IMG/VR virus record: IMGVR_UViG_3300049033_000019 | Location: 1-58,711 of that record | Direction: 5' to 3' (one strand) | Source of the DNA: a virus | Taxonomy: Duplodnaviria; Caudoviricetes | DNA: 58,711 bases | Shown here: positions 18,515 to 28,232 of the stretch, one piece after another | How the letters are laid out: each line of letters opens with the position of its first letter | Position numbering within the stretch: position 1 is the first letter of the stretch | Position numbers and translations under genes: made by a program | The notes under the pieces: model-generated | Databases searched by the model: none | What the model saw: only the letters and a program-made list of their open reading frames with translations | Told to the model about the DNA's origin: nothing

Positions 18515-18787
18515 TTACTCTCCCCTGACCAGCTTCGCGCGAGCGTTGGCGTTGTTCACGTGTTCGATCAGGTTCCGGAGTAGTTCCGGATTGCTGACTA
18601 CACACTGGGCCACGATTTCGCCGTCCGGAGTAGTGATAAGTAGATTTACCTGACCATCGCGCTCACCGAAGATGAGCTTGTGGTAATAGCCATGACGCCA
18701 CTTGAAACCGCGCATGAACCGCCAGACGAACCTAGACTTCCAAGTGCCGTAGGGACCTGTTTCTCCTGGCGCTATGAGGGCCGTCAT
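18515..18787 (-). CDS. Hypothetical protein
   Basis: 90-aa ORF in operon. Confidence 0.5.
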   Translation of the reverse strand: MTALIAPGETGPYGTWKSRFVWRFMRGFKWRHGYYHKLIFGERDGQVNLLITTPDGEIVAQCVVSNPELLRNLIEHVNNANARAKLVRGE

Positions 18788-18791
18788 CTTG

Positions 18792-19850
18792 CTACCCACG
18801 TTCGATCTCCAAGGCCTTAGTCCACGCCTCCCACCAGCGCCAGGCATTGGCCTGGTACGTCTGCGCCTGCATGTACTCCCTTCCCGCCTCCACCTGCTCC
18901 TTGCGTAGGACTGAGTCGTCCATGAGCAGTTTCAGCTTTGAGTACCAGTCCTTTGGGGTGTCCGCGATCAGGCCGCAACCTGACTCACGGTGCAGCCTAC
19001 GGTACTCCTCCCTGGGTGAAGCAACCCAAGGGACCCCTACCGCCATGTACTCGATGCCTTTGAGCCTGGACTTGGAGGTGTTGAACGAGGTCGGAGCTAG
19101 TGGAATCATGCCCACATCCAGCTCCTCACCGATCCGGGCGGCCCATTGGTTCAGGGGGATGGATCCCGTTACGTCCGGGTCGTTACGCAGCCGGAGACAC
19201 CTCTTGACGGCCGATTTCCCGCCCACGACCTTGAACGTGTACCCAGCGTCCATGAGCCGCTGCACGGCCGGGGTAGTGATCTGAAGATCATTCGGGTGCG
19301 ACTTCGTCGTCCCAGCCCAACCGAACGCTCCGGTCTCTGGGCTGGGGAAGTCCAGGTACGCCTCCGGCACATAGTTGTCCAGCACGGCGCCTCGGCCATG
19401 CTTGGCGTACACCTTCTGAAGTTGGCTGGTGGAGGTGGTGACCATGGTCGCCACCCGACAGGACTCCAGGGCCCATCGCCAGGACACATTGGTGTGGGAG
19501 TTGTGCCGGTACACGTGGAAGGCGATGTTGTCTGGATGGATAGATGACATGTCATCATCCATGTCCACCACCACGGCGATGCCGTTAGCCCGGATCATCT
19601 GGATCATCTGAGGCTGGAGGGGGTGACACGGCCGCTGGATCACGATCACATCGGCATCAGCGGGGATCCCCAGGCCGGTAAGTCGTTCAGTACCGTCAGG
19701 CCCTTCCTCGATCTTGGCCATGAAGCCGGAGTCTTGCTTCGGTGGCATGATCTGAATCTCATGGCCGGACTTCTTCAGCACATCAGCCGGCCAGATCAGT
19801 CGATAGTGGCCGCAGCCGTACGGATCCGAAGGAAGAATGTAAACCTTCAT
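18792..19850 (-). CDS. Glycosyltransferase (GT-B / family 4-like)
   Basis: GCGHYRL..P...VIQR...DMDDD...GWAG..SH..DL...PL....FN.SKS.LK.IEY. Confidence 0.88.
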   Translation of the reverse strand: MKVYILPSDPYGCGHYRLIWPADVLKKSGHEIQIMPPKQDSGFMAKIEEGPDGTERLTGLGIPADADVIVIQRPCHPLQPQMIQMIRANGIAVVVDMDDDMSSIHPDNIAFHVYRHNSHTNVSWRWALESCRVATMVTTSTSQLQKVYAKHGRGAVLDNYVPEAYLDFPSPETGAFGWAGTTKSHPNDLQITTPAVQRLMDAGYTFKVVGGKSAVKRCLRLRNDPDVTGSIPLNQWAARIGEELDVGMIPLAPTSFNTSKSRLKGIEYMAVGVPWVASPREEYRRLHRESGCGLIADTPKDWYSKLKLLMDDSVLRKEQVEAGREYMQAQTYQANAWRWWEAWTKALEIERG

Positions 19851-20515
19851 TGGATGAAGTCCACGTACAGGTAGGAGGGGAAGCTAGCGGAGGCGTTGAG
19901 GTTTGCGGTGCCGCCGCCGGAGAGCACGTCCCCGGTGGCAACAAATGTTTTGTCCTCTGTTGCCGTTGCTGTGTATTGGCCCTCGACCCATAGGCCAGTG
20001 GCAGTACCAACGTTGTCGACCCAAACGTCCCGGAGCTGAACAATGGTGCCACCCACGGTGTTCTCGCGAAGTGTGCCACGGATGACACCGTCAACGGTGA
20101 GTTCCAGTCCAACGTTGAACACGACCTTGTAGGTGTAGCCCTCCACCACCGAGGCGACAACGCTGGCAAGCTGCGTCTCAGTGGTGGTGAATCCTGCCGA
20201 GTCAGTCGTGACCGTGGTTGTGGCAATCCGCTGACCGGGGTACAGACGACTGACTGCACCAACGACAAAGTTCCCAGCCGGTGGAAGAGAAATCACATAG
20301 ACCCGGCTGCCGTCTATCACAGTGCCGATCATGGATGCAGCACTGATGGATTCAGAGTCACCGTCCAGGCGCACTTTGACCGAGTTGGCGTTGCTGACCT
20401 CCGTAACCACGGCCAGTCGAAGGAGCCAGGTCAGGCCGAGTCGGTTGGCTGTCTGAACCAGCGTACGGGCAGCAACAGTGATCAGTTCTGTGGTGTTCTT
20501 CGCCTCCGGGGTCAT
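19847..20515 (-). CDS. Minor tail protein
   Basis: Position after the tail genes; OB-like N-terminus (V.LDGD...G.RV.V...PPAG.FVVG). Confidence 0.7.
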   Translation of the reverse strand: MTPEAKNTTELITVAARTLVQTANRLGLTWLLRLAVVTEVSNANSVKVRLDGDSESISAASMIGTVIDGSRVYVISLPPAGNFVVGAVSRLYPGQRIATTTVTTDSAGFTTTETQLASVVASVVEGYTYKVVFNVGLELTVDGVIRGTLRENTVGGTIVQLRDVWVDNVGTATGLWVEGQYTATATEDKTFVATGDVLSGGGTANLNASASFPSYLYVDFIQ

Positions 20516-21579
20516 GGTGCATACGCCTTCCGGAGCAGGTGACTCATGACCCCATCCTCGGTCAACTGCATAGTCCAGGCCAATTCAAGCCACAGCCCAC
20601 CATCCCAGCGGATGGTGTTGTAGGAGTCATGGCGGGGATCTAGGGCGGTGGTCAAGCCGACCTGTTCGAAGACAGTTGCTCGCTGGGCGATCCCTTCCGC
20701 CACGGCCTGGGCTTGGGTCACATTGGACAGTTGAAGGTTCTGTACCTCTGGGATGGCAAAGCCTCGGTTGGCGATGGAGTGCGGTGCAGTAGACGGAACG
20801 TCAGCCGTTCCTACTACCTCTACGTCAGGATCTTCAGAGGAGTTGGACACGACGATGAAGCGGTTGGGTGCTGTGAGCAGATCATCGGTCTCTATGATGT
20901 TGCTGCGGATGACCTTGAAGCCGGTGTCCCAGTCGAAGTCAGGCAACCTGGTGATTGGATTAAAGGTCCTGATGAAGTGCAATTTGCCATCATTACCGAA
21001 CCAGGGAGAGAAGTAGTCCCCGGACACCGCCACCGATTCCAGGATCTGTCCTCGATATGCTCCTATACCCCAGTTCTCGGTGGAGTTGAAGGGGCTGGAT
21101 TCCATGATGAGGTTCACCGGAAGATCCAGCAAGATTGTCTGAACGATCTCCATGACCGATCGACCGGTGCCGTCAACACCGGCTTCTATCTGTTGATCGA
21201 TCTGGAACATTTCATCGCTCAGGGTCATGTTCCCCAGATGCCCAGAGGTGAACTGCTGGCGACTGGCGTCAGTGAACATGTACTTGCCCAAGGGGTACTC
21301 GGCCCCACCAGGAAAAGTCATGAACACCTCGACACGAGCCGTCTGCGTATTCACCGAAGCGGTATCGACCACTCCCAAGTCCAGGGTGAGCTGGCGTTTG
21401 ATCGTGCGGTTCGTGTCATGACTGAGGGTGGCACTACGGAGAGGGGTGATGTTTCCTAGTCGTTCCCCGGTTACACCGTCGCTGAGTTCAAATCGGAAAC
21501 CACACTGACGCTGCCCGACCCAAGGTTCCAGATCTAATACTGGATCCTCGGGGAACGTGGTCAGTTGTTGATGACTCAA
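20512..21579 (-). CDS. Minor tail / baseplate hub-like protein
   Basis: YPLGKY.F...WFGNDGKL...PNRFIVV...HS..NRG motifs; synteny. Confidence 0.75.
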   Translation of the reverse strand: MSHQQLTTFPEDPVLDLEPWVGQRQCGFRFELSDGVTGERLGNITPLRSATLSHDTNRTIKRQLTLDLGVVDTASVNTQTARVEVFMTFPGGAEYPLGKYMFTDASRQQFTSGHLGNMTLSDEMFQIDQQIEAGVDGTGRSVMEIVQTILLDLPVNLIMESSPFNSTENWGIGAYRGQILESVAVSGDYFSPWFGNDGKLHFIRTFNPITRLPDFDWDTGFKVIRSNIIETDDLLTAPNRFIVVSNSSEDPDVEVVGTADVPSTAPHSIANRGFAIPEVQNLQLSNVTQAQAVAEGIAQRATVFEQVGLTTALDPRHDSYNTIRWDGGLWLELAWTMQLTEDGVMSHLLRKAYAP

Positions 21580-23735
21580 GGATTCACCTCACTGGGTGTA
21601 TCCGTCACCTCGATGACTTCCACTGGAGCCAAGTACAGGCGCCGGTCCCGTAGTACCCGACCACTGGGTACCAGAACTGTGGAGAACCACCGGTTCCCAT
21701 CCTCGTCACGGACGCAGATATAAGACACGTTGGCCCAAGCCATATCCCGGAGGCTAGTGAAGTCCGCCAACGTTTCCGGAGAGATGGCAGCAGCCTGAAC
21801 CAGCAGTGTCCGACTGAACTGTTCTCCACCACGTTCCATGGGTCGGAACGCAATGAAGAAGTCCCGGTTGTACATGGCCTGAAGCTGGACGAACTGAGCT
21901 TCCGGGAACACGAAGCTCTCCTCCACGGTGCGTCCGCCCTCCCAGACGCTGGAGTAAGCCAGGCTCAGTGAGCCGTCCTGCTCCTCGTTCGAGGTGAAGA
22001 TCAGCAGGTGGCCGTCTTCGCATTCGATCGTGACACCAGGCGAGGACAGCGTACGGGTGATCGTGCTCGACCATGGACCAGGGAAGTCGTACACGTTGAC
22101 CGTGCGGATGCGGTAGGAGGATTCGATGCCGACCCGAGCCTCGTAGTCGTTGAAGGAGAGGGTCGCTGGATTGGTCGCCTTCATGATGGTCTGCCACTCA
22201 GTGGTGACGGTGTCCATGCGCTGAAGCTCGTAGTACCCAAACCAGTAGTCGGGGGGAGCTACCTGGAAGTCATCGAAGTAGAAGGTGGTCGGTCCAGCGC
22301 CAGTGGTCTCATCCCGAGCGAAGGCACCGGCATTGTTGCCGGTGAGTAGGCTGCTGTCTGTCGTCTCAATCTGCCAGTCAGGCTCGTCCTCACCCACCCC
22401 CCATAGCTTGGCCTTGATGAAGATTCCGTTGACCTGGAACCTGATATGACGCCAGGCCGTGGAGCTGGGGTTGAGGGTCGGCAGCGTTACCGTTGCTACG
22501 TCGCTGGCCGATCCACCCACCCGCTTACTGATGTGTAGCTGAGCCGTCTGGGAGGTGGTGTACCGCATCTGAGCCAGGTAGTAGTTGCTGGTGTCGGCTA
22601 GTCGAGTGATGATGCCTTGACGTAGAGGGCCGGTTCCTTCCGACACGTCAGCGGTGCGGATGAGCATCTGTACGTCCTGATTCGGCCCACCAACATCGAC
22701 ATAGGCAAGTCGGTCATTGTTCAGGACAGAGGGGGCGATCTGCCCGGTGCCATCAGCAACGGAGAAGTTACTCGACGGCGTTCCGGCCGTGGTCCAGGTC
22801 TTGCCATCTGAGGCGGTGCCCCAGCCGCCGGCAACGGTGCGGTCGTCGAAGGTGTCCTCAGCCGTGCCTGTGTTGACCGGTTGCGCCCAGGTGACCTGGA
22901 TGTACTGGATCTCGGAGGGGATACAGCACGGGTCTATCCCGCAATCCAAGCCGATGCCAGTGACGGCATAGTCCTCTTCTGTGCTGGAGAAGCCGGTTAT
23001 CAGCGGCGGGTACTGGGAAAAGATCAGAATGGCGTCAGCGGTGGTGTCATCGGTGGTGGCACTGACCAATGGTGCGTAGCCAGGTATCCAACCCAAGTTG
23101 ACGTTGGAACCGCTGACTGGTGCCCCATAGGTAGCCAGGCTTAACTGGTTGGGGGCTGGGACGAAGTTGTTGAAGTTGCCCGGGATGCCTGACAGGGCCG
23201 GGGCGTAGGCCCCCAGCACCTCCCACCGGTTCCGGGAGTATTCCCCGGTGGCGGACCACCTCCACTGTGGAGTGGTGCCTGTGCCCATGGCTGGAGGGGT
23301 GGTGAACTCCAGGCTCACCTCTTTCCAGCCGTCGATGATCTCGCTCAGGGCATCGAACTCGGCGGGGGTGATCTGCACACTGGAGCCGGCGATGCTGGGC
23401 GAGTCCAGCAACAACGGAACGGTGGTGTCCCCGAACCGACGGGCGTAGTACCGCACCCAGGGGTACTGGGCAGAGCCCACAGCTACCCCATCCAAGATCT
23501 CCTGCGTGGCGGTGACGTTCCCATACACCTGAGCGATGGCCAGGCGTCCGTAGACATGAGAGTCCAGCACGGTACCGCCGCTGGTGTGCAAGGTGACCTG
23601 GGGGATCAGCATGCTTTGCGACTTGGCTGGTAGCTCATCAGGGCTGGCATAGATCCAGCGGTTAATCTTCACGCCTCGATGTGACACCAGCTCGTAGAGC
23701 TGGCGCAGCATGTTGATCTCGTAGTAGAGGCTCAT
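21576..23735 (-). CDS. Minor tail protein with lectin-like and Fn3-like segments
   Basis: 719 aa; DTFD.RTV.GGWG...AKLW..G..EP.WQ lectin-like insert; DYEARVG.ESSYRIR. Confidence 0.75.
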   Translation of the reverse strand: MSLYYEINMLRQLYELVSHRGVKINRWIYASPDELPAKSQSMLIPQVTLHTSGGTVLDSHVYGRLAIAQVYGNVTATQEILDGVAVGSAQYPWVRYYARRFGDTTVPLLLDSPSIAGSSVQITPAEFDALSEIIDGWKEVSLEFTTPPAMGTGTTPQWRWSATGEYSRNRWEVLGAYAPALSGIPGNFNNFVPAPNQLSLATYGAPVSGSNVNLGWIPGYAPLVSATTDDTTADAILIFSQYPPLITGFSSTEEDYAVTGIGLDCGIDPCCIPSEIQYIQVTWAQPVNTGTAEDTFDDRTVAGGWGTASDGKTWTTAGTPSSNFSVADGTGQIAPSVLNNDRLAYVDVGGPNQDVQMLIRTADVSEGTGPLRQGIITRLADTSNYYLAQMRYTTSQTAQLHISKRVGGSASDVATVTLPTLNPSSTAWRHIRFQVNGIFIKAKLWGVGEDEPDWQIETTDSSLLTGNNAGAFARDETTGAGPTTFYFDDFQVAPPDYWFGYYELQRMDTVTTEWQTIMKATNPATLSFNDYEARVGIESSYRIRTVNVYDFPGPWSSTITRTLSSPGVTIECEDGHLLIFTSNEEQDGSLSLAYSSVWEGGRTVEESFVFPEAQFVQLQAMYNRDFFIAFRPMERGGEQFSRTLLVQAAAISPETLADFTSLRDMAWANVSYICVRDEDGNRWFSTVLVPSGRVLRDRRLYLAPVEVIEVTDTPSEVNP

Positions 23736-24727
23736 GACGTGAAGAACGTGTTGCCACGGAAGTCGGCCAGATTCATGGTCACCGTATAGTCCCCTGCCGT
23801 GATCTGAACTGGATACTGGAAAGTGGTGCCCCGCAGTATCACGGGAGTTGCACCGATGACGTAGCTCTGTCCACCGGTGACCGAAGCGCCTACTCGCTTA
23901 GCGCCTTCGGCCACACGGGTCTCGGCACAGTAGAAGATCTCCATAGCCAAGTAGCTCATGAACGAGTCATCCAAGCTGGACACGCTGCACCTGACCCGCA
24001 GGCGGGGGGTAGGTCCAGTGGTGCTGAACCGCTCCAGAGTCAGGTAGCGCCAAGCATGCAGCTCATTGGCTTCTTCACCCAGGGTTGTCGCTGTACTCCA
24101 CAGTGGTGTCACCTCACCGGCTGGGATGAGGAACTCTCCGCCGCCCACTTCACCGATATCGAAGCTGCCGAGCGTGATACCTGGACCCTGCGGGGTGGCG
24201 TCCATGGTCCAGGAGAAGGACTTTTGAGGAGCGTCCACAATGCCTACCAGGTTCACCCGCAGGATGCGTTTGTCACTGAGCAGTCCCGCGTAACCGGTGG
24301 TATTGAAGTTGACCGTCAATGTCCCGAAGCCGTTACCAAAGTCGATATACCCGCTGTTGGCTGAGTTGTTGGCCAGGGCTCCCTGTACCGTGCTCTGGCC
24401 CTGGATCGTTGCGGTACCGCTCACGGAGCCAGACATCACCGGGATCAGGGCGCGGCCAATGGGTCCGGTGAGATCCTCTGTGTAGGTGGGATATACCGAG
24501 ACCTGGAAGACCAGAGTCCCGGACGCACCTAGTCCTGGCGTGGAGGCCAGGGCAATGTCAATCGGGTCTGGGCTGGTGTACCAGCGGGCATGGGTCAGGT
24601 TATGAGTGTTGATGGTGGCGAACGTGTACCCGAACTCTTGGAACACATCCGGAGTGAAGAACTCATTCTTGATGGGCGCCCACTCTTGGCCCAAGATGTA
24701 CGGCGTATGCGGGTTGTAGTCGCCCAT
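23732..24727 (-). CDS. Minor tail protein
   Basis: Directly follows the tape measure gene. Confidence 0.7.
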   Translation of the reverse strand: MGDYNPHTPYILGQEWAPIKNEFFTPDVFQEFGYTFATINTHNLTHARWYTSPDPIDIALASTPGLGASGTLVFQVSVYPTYTEDLTGPIGRALIPVMSGSVSGTATIQGQSTVQGALANNSANSGYIDFGNGFGTLTVNFNTTGYAGLLSDKRILRVNLVGIVDAPQKSFSWTMDATPQGPGITLGSFDIGEVGGGEFLIPAGEVTPLWSTATTLGEEANELHAWRYLTLERFSTTGPTPRLRVRCSVSSLDDSFMSYLAMEIFYCAETRVAEGAKRVGASVTGGQSYVIGATPVILRGTTFQYPVQITAGDYTVTMNLADFRGNTFFTS

Positions 24728-26802
24728 CAGAGTGTCCTCACCGCTAGCCGGGTGTTCCGCGCCGCGATCATGTTGGCGGCGGCCTGACCCATGGCACTGC
24801 CGGCCATCCGTGCCTGATTCTGGTCCGGCACGCCACCTGCCACATTCACCTGTACTGCGTTGGGACCGAAGACGATGTTGCTTGCTGCATTCATAGTCAC
24901 CTGGCGCAGCTCCGGAATCTCAGACCGGATGCCTTCGATGAGGTCCTCAATCATGCGCTGACCGCGAACTTTGGTCCAGCCTCGTCCTGACAGGGGACCC
25001 TCTTTGGCGGGAGATGCTCCGAAGAATCCGCCGATTCTTCCTGCGATTCCACCAATGAGGTTGAACAGTTCACCGATCTTCTGTCGGATGCCGTTGATGA
25101 GGCCCTGGATTAGGGCTCGACCTGAATTGACAAGCAGACTGCCGAACTTACTGAACGAGGCAACAATCCGCTTCGGGAAGTTCAGGATCTCTACCAGCGT
25201 TTTGGCAATCCAGTAAATGACACCCTTGACGAAACTGATGAAGCTGGCCCGCATATTGGCACCGAGTCGGTTGACCGAAACGAAGAAGCCTCCGATCGCC
25301 GAGATGATCCTGGTAATCCATACACCCAGGAACGTAGACATGTCGACCAATGCCCGACCGAGCGTCTTTATGTCAGCGATGATTGCCGGAATGGCTGTGT
25401 CCTTGAGCCATTCCGCCAGGTATTGGAAGGCGGCCAGCACCAAGGCAACCACTTCGATCAGACCGGTGAAGGTTCTGATACCGATGATGCCTAGATTGAT
25501 CAAGCCCTCCATGGCTTTGGCGCCGACCGGAGAGGCGAAGAAGAAGCTCAATTGCGTGATGGCTTCGGACAGAACCCTGATCAATTCGGCACCGCCGGCC
25601 TGGTCCAACTGTCGCATGAAGACGAACAGGAAGTCGCCCACGTTGAACAGGAGGTCAAAGACCATTTGCAGGGTGGCGGCCATCCGGTCCAACCATGTCT
25701 GCGTAGCTGGGTTGCTGGCCAAGTTGAAGATCAACCCAGACAGGGTGCCCAGGTTCCGAAGAATGATTTCCCCGAACTTGGTCATGAACGGCATCAGAGC
25801 TGTGGCCATCTCCAACAAGGCAACGATGAAGCCACGTCGGCCAAACAATGATGTAGACAAGCCCCTAATCCACTTCGTAGTGGCAGGGACTAGGGTGTTG
25901 AAGAACCTTACAAACACGGGACTGGCGAACAGTTCAATGAAGGCCCTGGTGAACTCACCAGCGGCACCTGCGACCTTTTGAAAGCCTAAGACCAGGCTGG
26001 GTCCCAGAGCCTTTCTGACATTGGTGATGGCTCCGGCCAGACGCAGGAAGAAGGCTTCCTGAGTCTTGGTACCTATCTCCTTGAACAAGTCCCGGAGTGG
26101 GAGCAGCTCCTTGACGAAGCTCCGAGCCGATCGAGTCAGAGGCTTCAGGGCTTCTCGTAATTCTTTAGCGTTCTTGGCCGCAAATGCCTTTTGGACCGCT
26201 GTCCCTAGCCCCTGGAACGCGATCGCCACGACCCCAACCTGAAGGCCGATAGAGGCCAATAGACCGGGGACGATGAACAGGACAGCGATCAGTGCATTGA
26301 CAGCCTGAACCGCTGCCAAGATGACGCCCACTAAGGCGGCCAGGGCTGGGATGAGGATAGCGATCAGGGGCGACCGACCGGAGACATTGAAACCGGCACC
26401 GATGGCATCAGCGATACCCGAGCCAAACCTGCTGAGAACCCCGCCCCTCCTGGTGGACTTATCCAGTGCGTCGCCGATCTCCTTAGAGATCGTCTCCCCT
26501 ACGTCCCGGCGGAAGCTGCGCCGGATAGAGTCTCGGATCCGGTCGAACCGGATGATGCTACGGACGCGGACGATGGTGTTCTTAGTACCATCCTCGATGG
26601 ACTTGGCGAACTTCTTACCTCGACGCTTCAGCTCCTTGCCGATACCATCGCCCATCTTGCCGCCGACTTTTTGGCCGGTCTTATCGAACTCACCCTCAGC
26701 AAGATCAGCAGCCTTGTCGAGGTCGTTGGGTAGCTCGCGATGGAAGGGGCTGGTGTCAGCGTGAACTTCGATGAAGGCTTTGCCAATAGAGGGCTCAGCC
26801 AT
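24727..26802 (-). CDS. Tape measure protein
   Basis: IGKAFIEVHADT N-terminus, helical Ala/Leu/Gly-rich body, SPAKEGPLSG motif. Confidence 0.9.
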   Translation of the reverse strand: MAEPSIGKAFIEVHADTSPFHRELPNDLDKAADLAEGEFDKTGQKVGGKMGDGIGKELKRRGKKFAKSIEDGTKNTIVRVRSIIRFDRIRDSIRRSFRRDVGETISKEIGDALDKSTRRGGVLSRFGSGIADAIGAGFNVSGRSPLIAILIPALAALVGVILAAVQAVNALIAVLFIVPGLLASIGLQVGVVAIAFQGLGTAVQKAFAAKNAKELREALKPLTRSARSFVKELLPLRDLFKEIGTKTQEAFFLRLAGAITNVRKALGPSLVLGFQKVAGAAGEFTRAFIELFASPVFVRFFNTLVPATTKWIRGLSTSLFGRRGFIVALLEMATALMPFMTKFGEIILRNLGTLSGLIFNLASNPATQTWLDRMAATLQMVFDLLFNVGDFLFVFMRQLDQAGGAELIRVLSEAITQLSFFFASPVGAKAMEGLINLGIIGIRTFTGLIEVVALVLAAFQYLAEWLKDTAIPAIIADIKTLGRALVDMSTFLGVWITRIISAIGGFFVSVNRLGANMRASFISFVKGVIYWIAKTLVEILNFPKRIVASFSKFGSLLVNSGRALIQGLINGIRQKIGELFNLIGGIAGRIGGFFGASPAKEGPLSGRGWTKVRGQRMIEDLIEGIRSEIPELRQVTMNAASNIVFGPNAVQVNVAGGVPDQNQARMAGSAMGQAAANMIAARNTRLAVRTL

Positions 26803-26878
26803 GCGCCGTCACCACCTCCATGCCTAGGTAGTGGGCAATAAGGCGATGCGCCACTGGCTGGGATTATAGGGGAGGAAG

Positions 26879-27499
26879 TTAGTCGGCCATAGCCATGAAC
26901 TGCGAAGGGGACATCTCCATCGCAGACTCATCGATCTTTTCGTTAGCTGGCGGTGCCTCCAGCCTCATGCACCACATCTGAACCTCCTTAGGTTCCAGGG
27001 ATCTGATGATCGTCAAGAGGGCTACGTCCAGCCACGAAGACAGGGAGACCTGGGCGGCGTTGATGCCACGGAGCGTCATCTCAGCTCCAATGGTGTCCCA
27101 GCTCGTCCTGACCGTTTCGATCAGGCGGATAGCCACCCACCATGACCGGGAGGAGACTGTCTCGATGATGTCAAAGATGATGGCTTCGTACTCTTCCAGG
27201 CTCAGGTGGCCATCCAGAATCATCTCCTCGACGATCCGAGAATCGCCCTCCTTCAGTAAGCCAGGGAAGATGTCGTCTAGGTTCAGCTCCTCCACCATCA
27301 AGATCGCAAGCCAGTCACAGGCGGGTAGCGCCGGGATCTCCACATCCTCTTTACCCACGGCGATGTGCACCGAGAACGGGCACAGGGACTGGATCGGATC
27401 TTGGTTGAACTTAGGTACCGTTACCCGGCCGGACCCTATGTCAGGTTGACTTGGCTGCGTAACGGCCACGACGGATCCGAGGCTTCGGCTGGTCTTCAC
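26879..27499 (-). CDS. Tail assembly chaperone-like (second); start uncertain
   Basis: Precedes the tape measure gene; SRSWWVAIRL motif. Confidence 0.65.
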   Translation of the reverse strand: MKTSRSLGSVVAVTQPSQPDIGSGRVTVPKFNQDPIQSLCPFSVHIAVGKEDVEIPALPACDWLAILMVEELNLDDIFPGLLKEGDSRIVEEMILDGHLSLEEYEAIIFDIIETVSSRSWWVAIRLIETVRTSWDTIGAEMTLRGINAAQVSLSSWLDVALLTIIRSLEPKEVQMWCMRLEAPPANEKIDESAMEMSPSQFMAMAD

Positions 27500-27788
27500 T
27501 GAAGGCGGAGATGAAGCTCAGCAGATCGCTCAGCTCCAGTTCACCCTTGATAGTGATATCGAGCAGATGCTCACGATCGTCTTCCTGGATCACTGCTGAC
27601 TCCAGGATGTCGAAGATGCGTCCTACCGCCACCAGGCGCCGCTGCGCTTCGGTGTCGTCCTTGGAGGCCAGTCGTGCCTCACGGGCCAGCAGTAGAAGTT
27701 GAGCATCGTTGAGTTGACGGACCACAACGGCACGGCCTCGTACATCAACGATTCTGGTTTCCTTGCCGGTGTCCTCAGAATCAGCCAT
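27441..27788 (-). CDS. Tail assembly chaperone-like (first)
   Basis: Acidic 115-aa ORF two genes before the tape measure gene. Confidence 0.65.
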   Translation of the reverse strand: MADSEDTGKETRIVDVRGRAVVVRQLNDAQLLLLAREARLASKDDTEAQRRLVAVGRIFDILESAVIQEDDREHLLDITIKGELELSDLLSFISAFSEDQPKPRIRRGRYAAKST

Positions 27789-27803
27789 AGCTGGGACTAT
27801 ACG

Positions 27804-28232
27804 TCAGTAGATGACGACCCTGAGGTTGTAGCGACGCCCGGCCGTCCGGGCTGCTTCAGCCAGATATCCCTTACCCCTCATGCCCGGGTGGTTGACCTTC
27901 CTCAGCCGTACAACCTGGCCCACCTTGCGCCAGTAGAACTTCATGTATCGGCGAGGAGGGTTCGGGAGGATCACATGAGGTGCGGCCCCATCTTCCACGA
28001 TGCGGGCGTAGGACTTATCCGAGCCGACCTCGCCCCGGACGATGCCGCCGAGGCTAAGTACCGGTCCCTTGGCCTCGATGCTCCGAGCCAGGGCCCCGGT
28101 GGTGTAGGAACCGTGGGACACACTGAGTCGGGCGATGAACCTGATCTCGTGGAGGACCTTGCGAATGAATCGCATCGCGTCCTCAGTGCTCTCCCGCTTA
28201 GCCTGGGCGTAGTGGATCACAATTTTAGCCAT
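27804..28232 (-). CDS. Neck / HK97-gp10-like tail completion protein
   Basis: TGALARSI...YA.IVEDG..PHVI...V.HPG...YL..A. Confidence 0.8.
   Translation of the reverse strand: MAKIVIHYAQAKRESTEDAMRFIRKVLHEIRFIARLSVSHGSYTTGALARSIEAKGPVLSLGGIVRGEVGSDKSYARIVEDGAAPHVILPNPPRRYMKFYWRKVGQVVRLRKVNHPGMRGKGYLAEAARTAGRRYNLRVVIY

Noticed and set aside
27441-27499. Programmed -1 frameshift between the tail assembly chaperones
   Set aside because: No XXXYYYZ slippery heptamer is visible in the overlap, and the downstream ORF is in the +1 frame with its own possible GTG starts.
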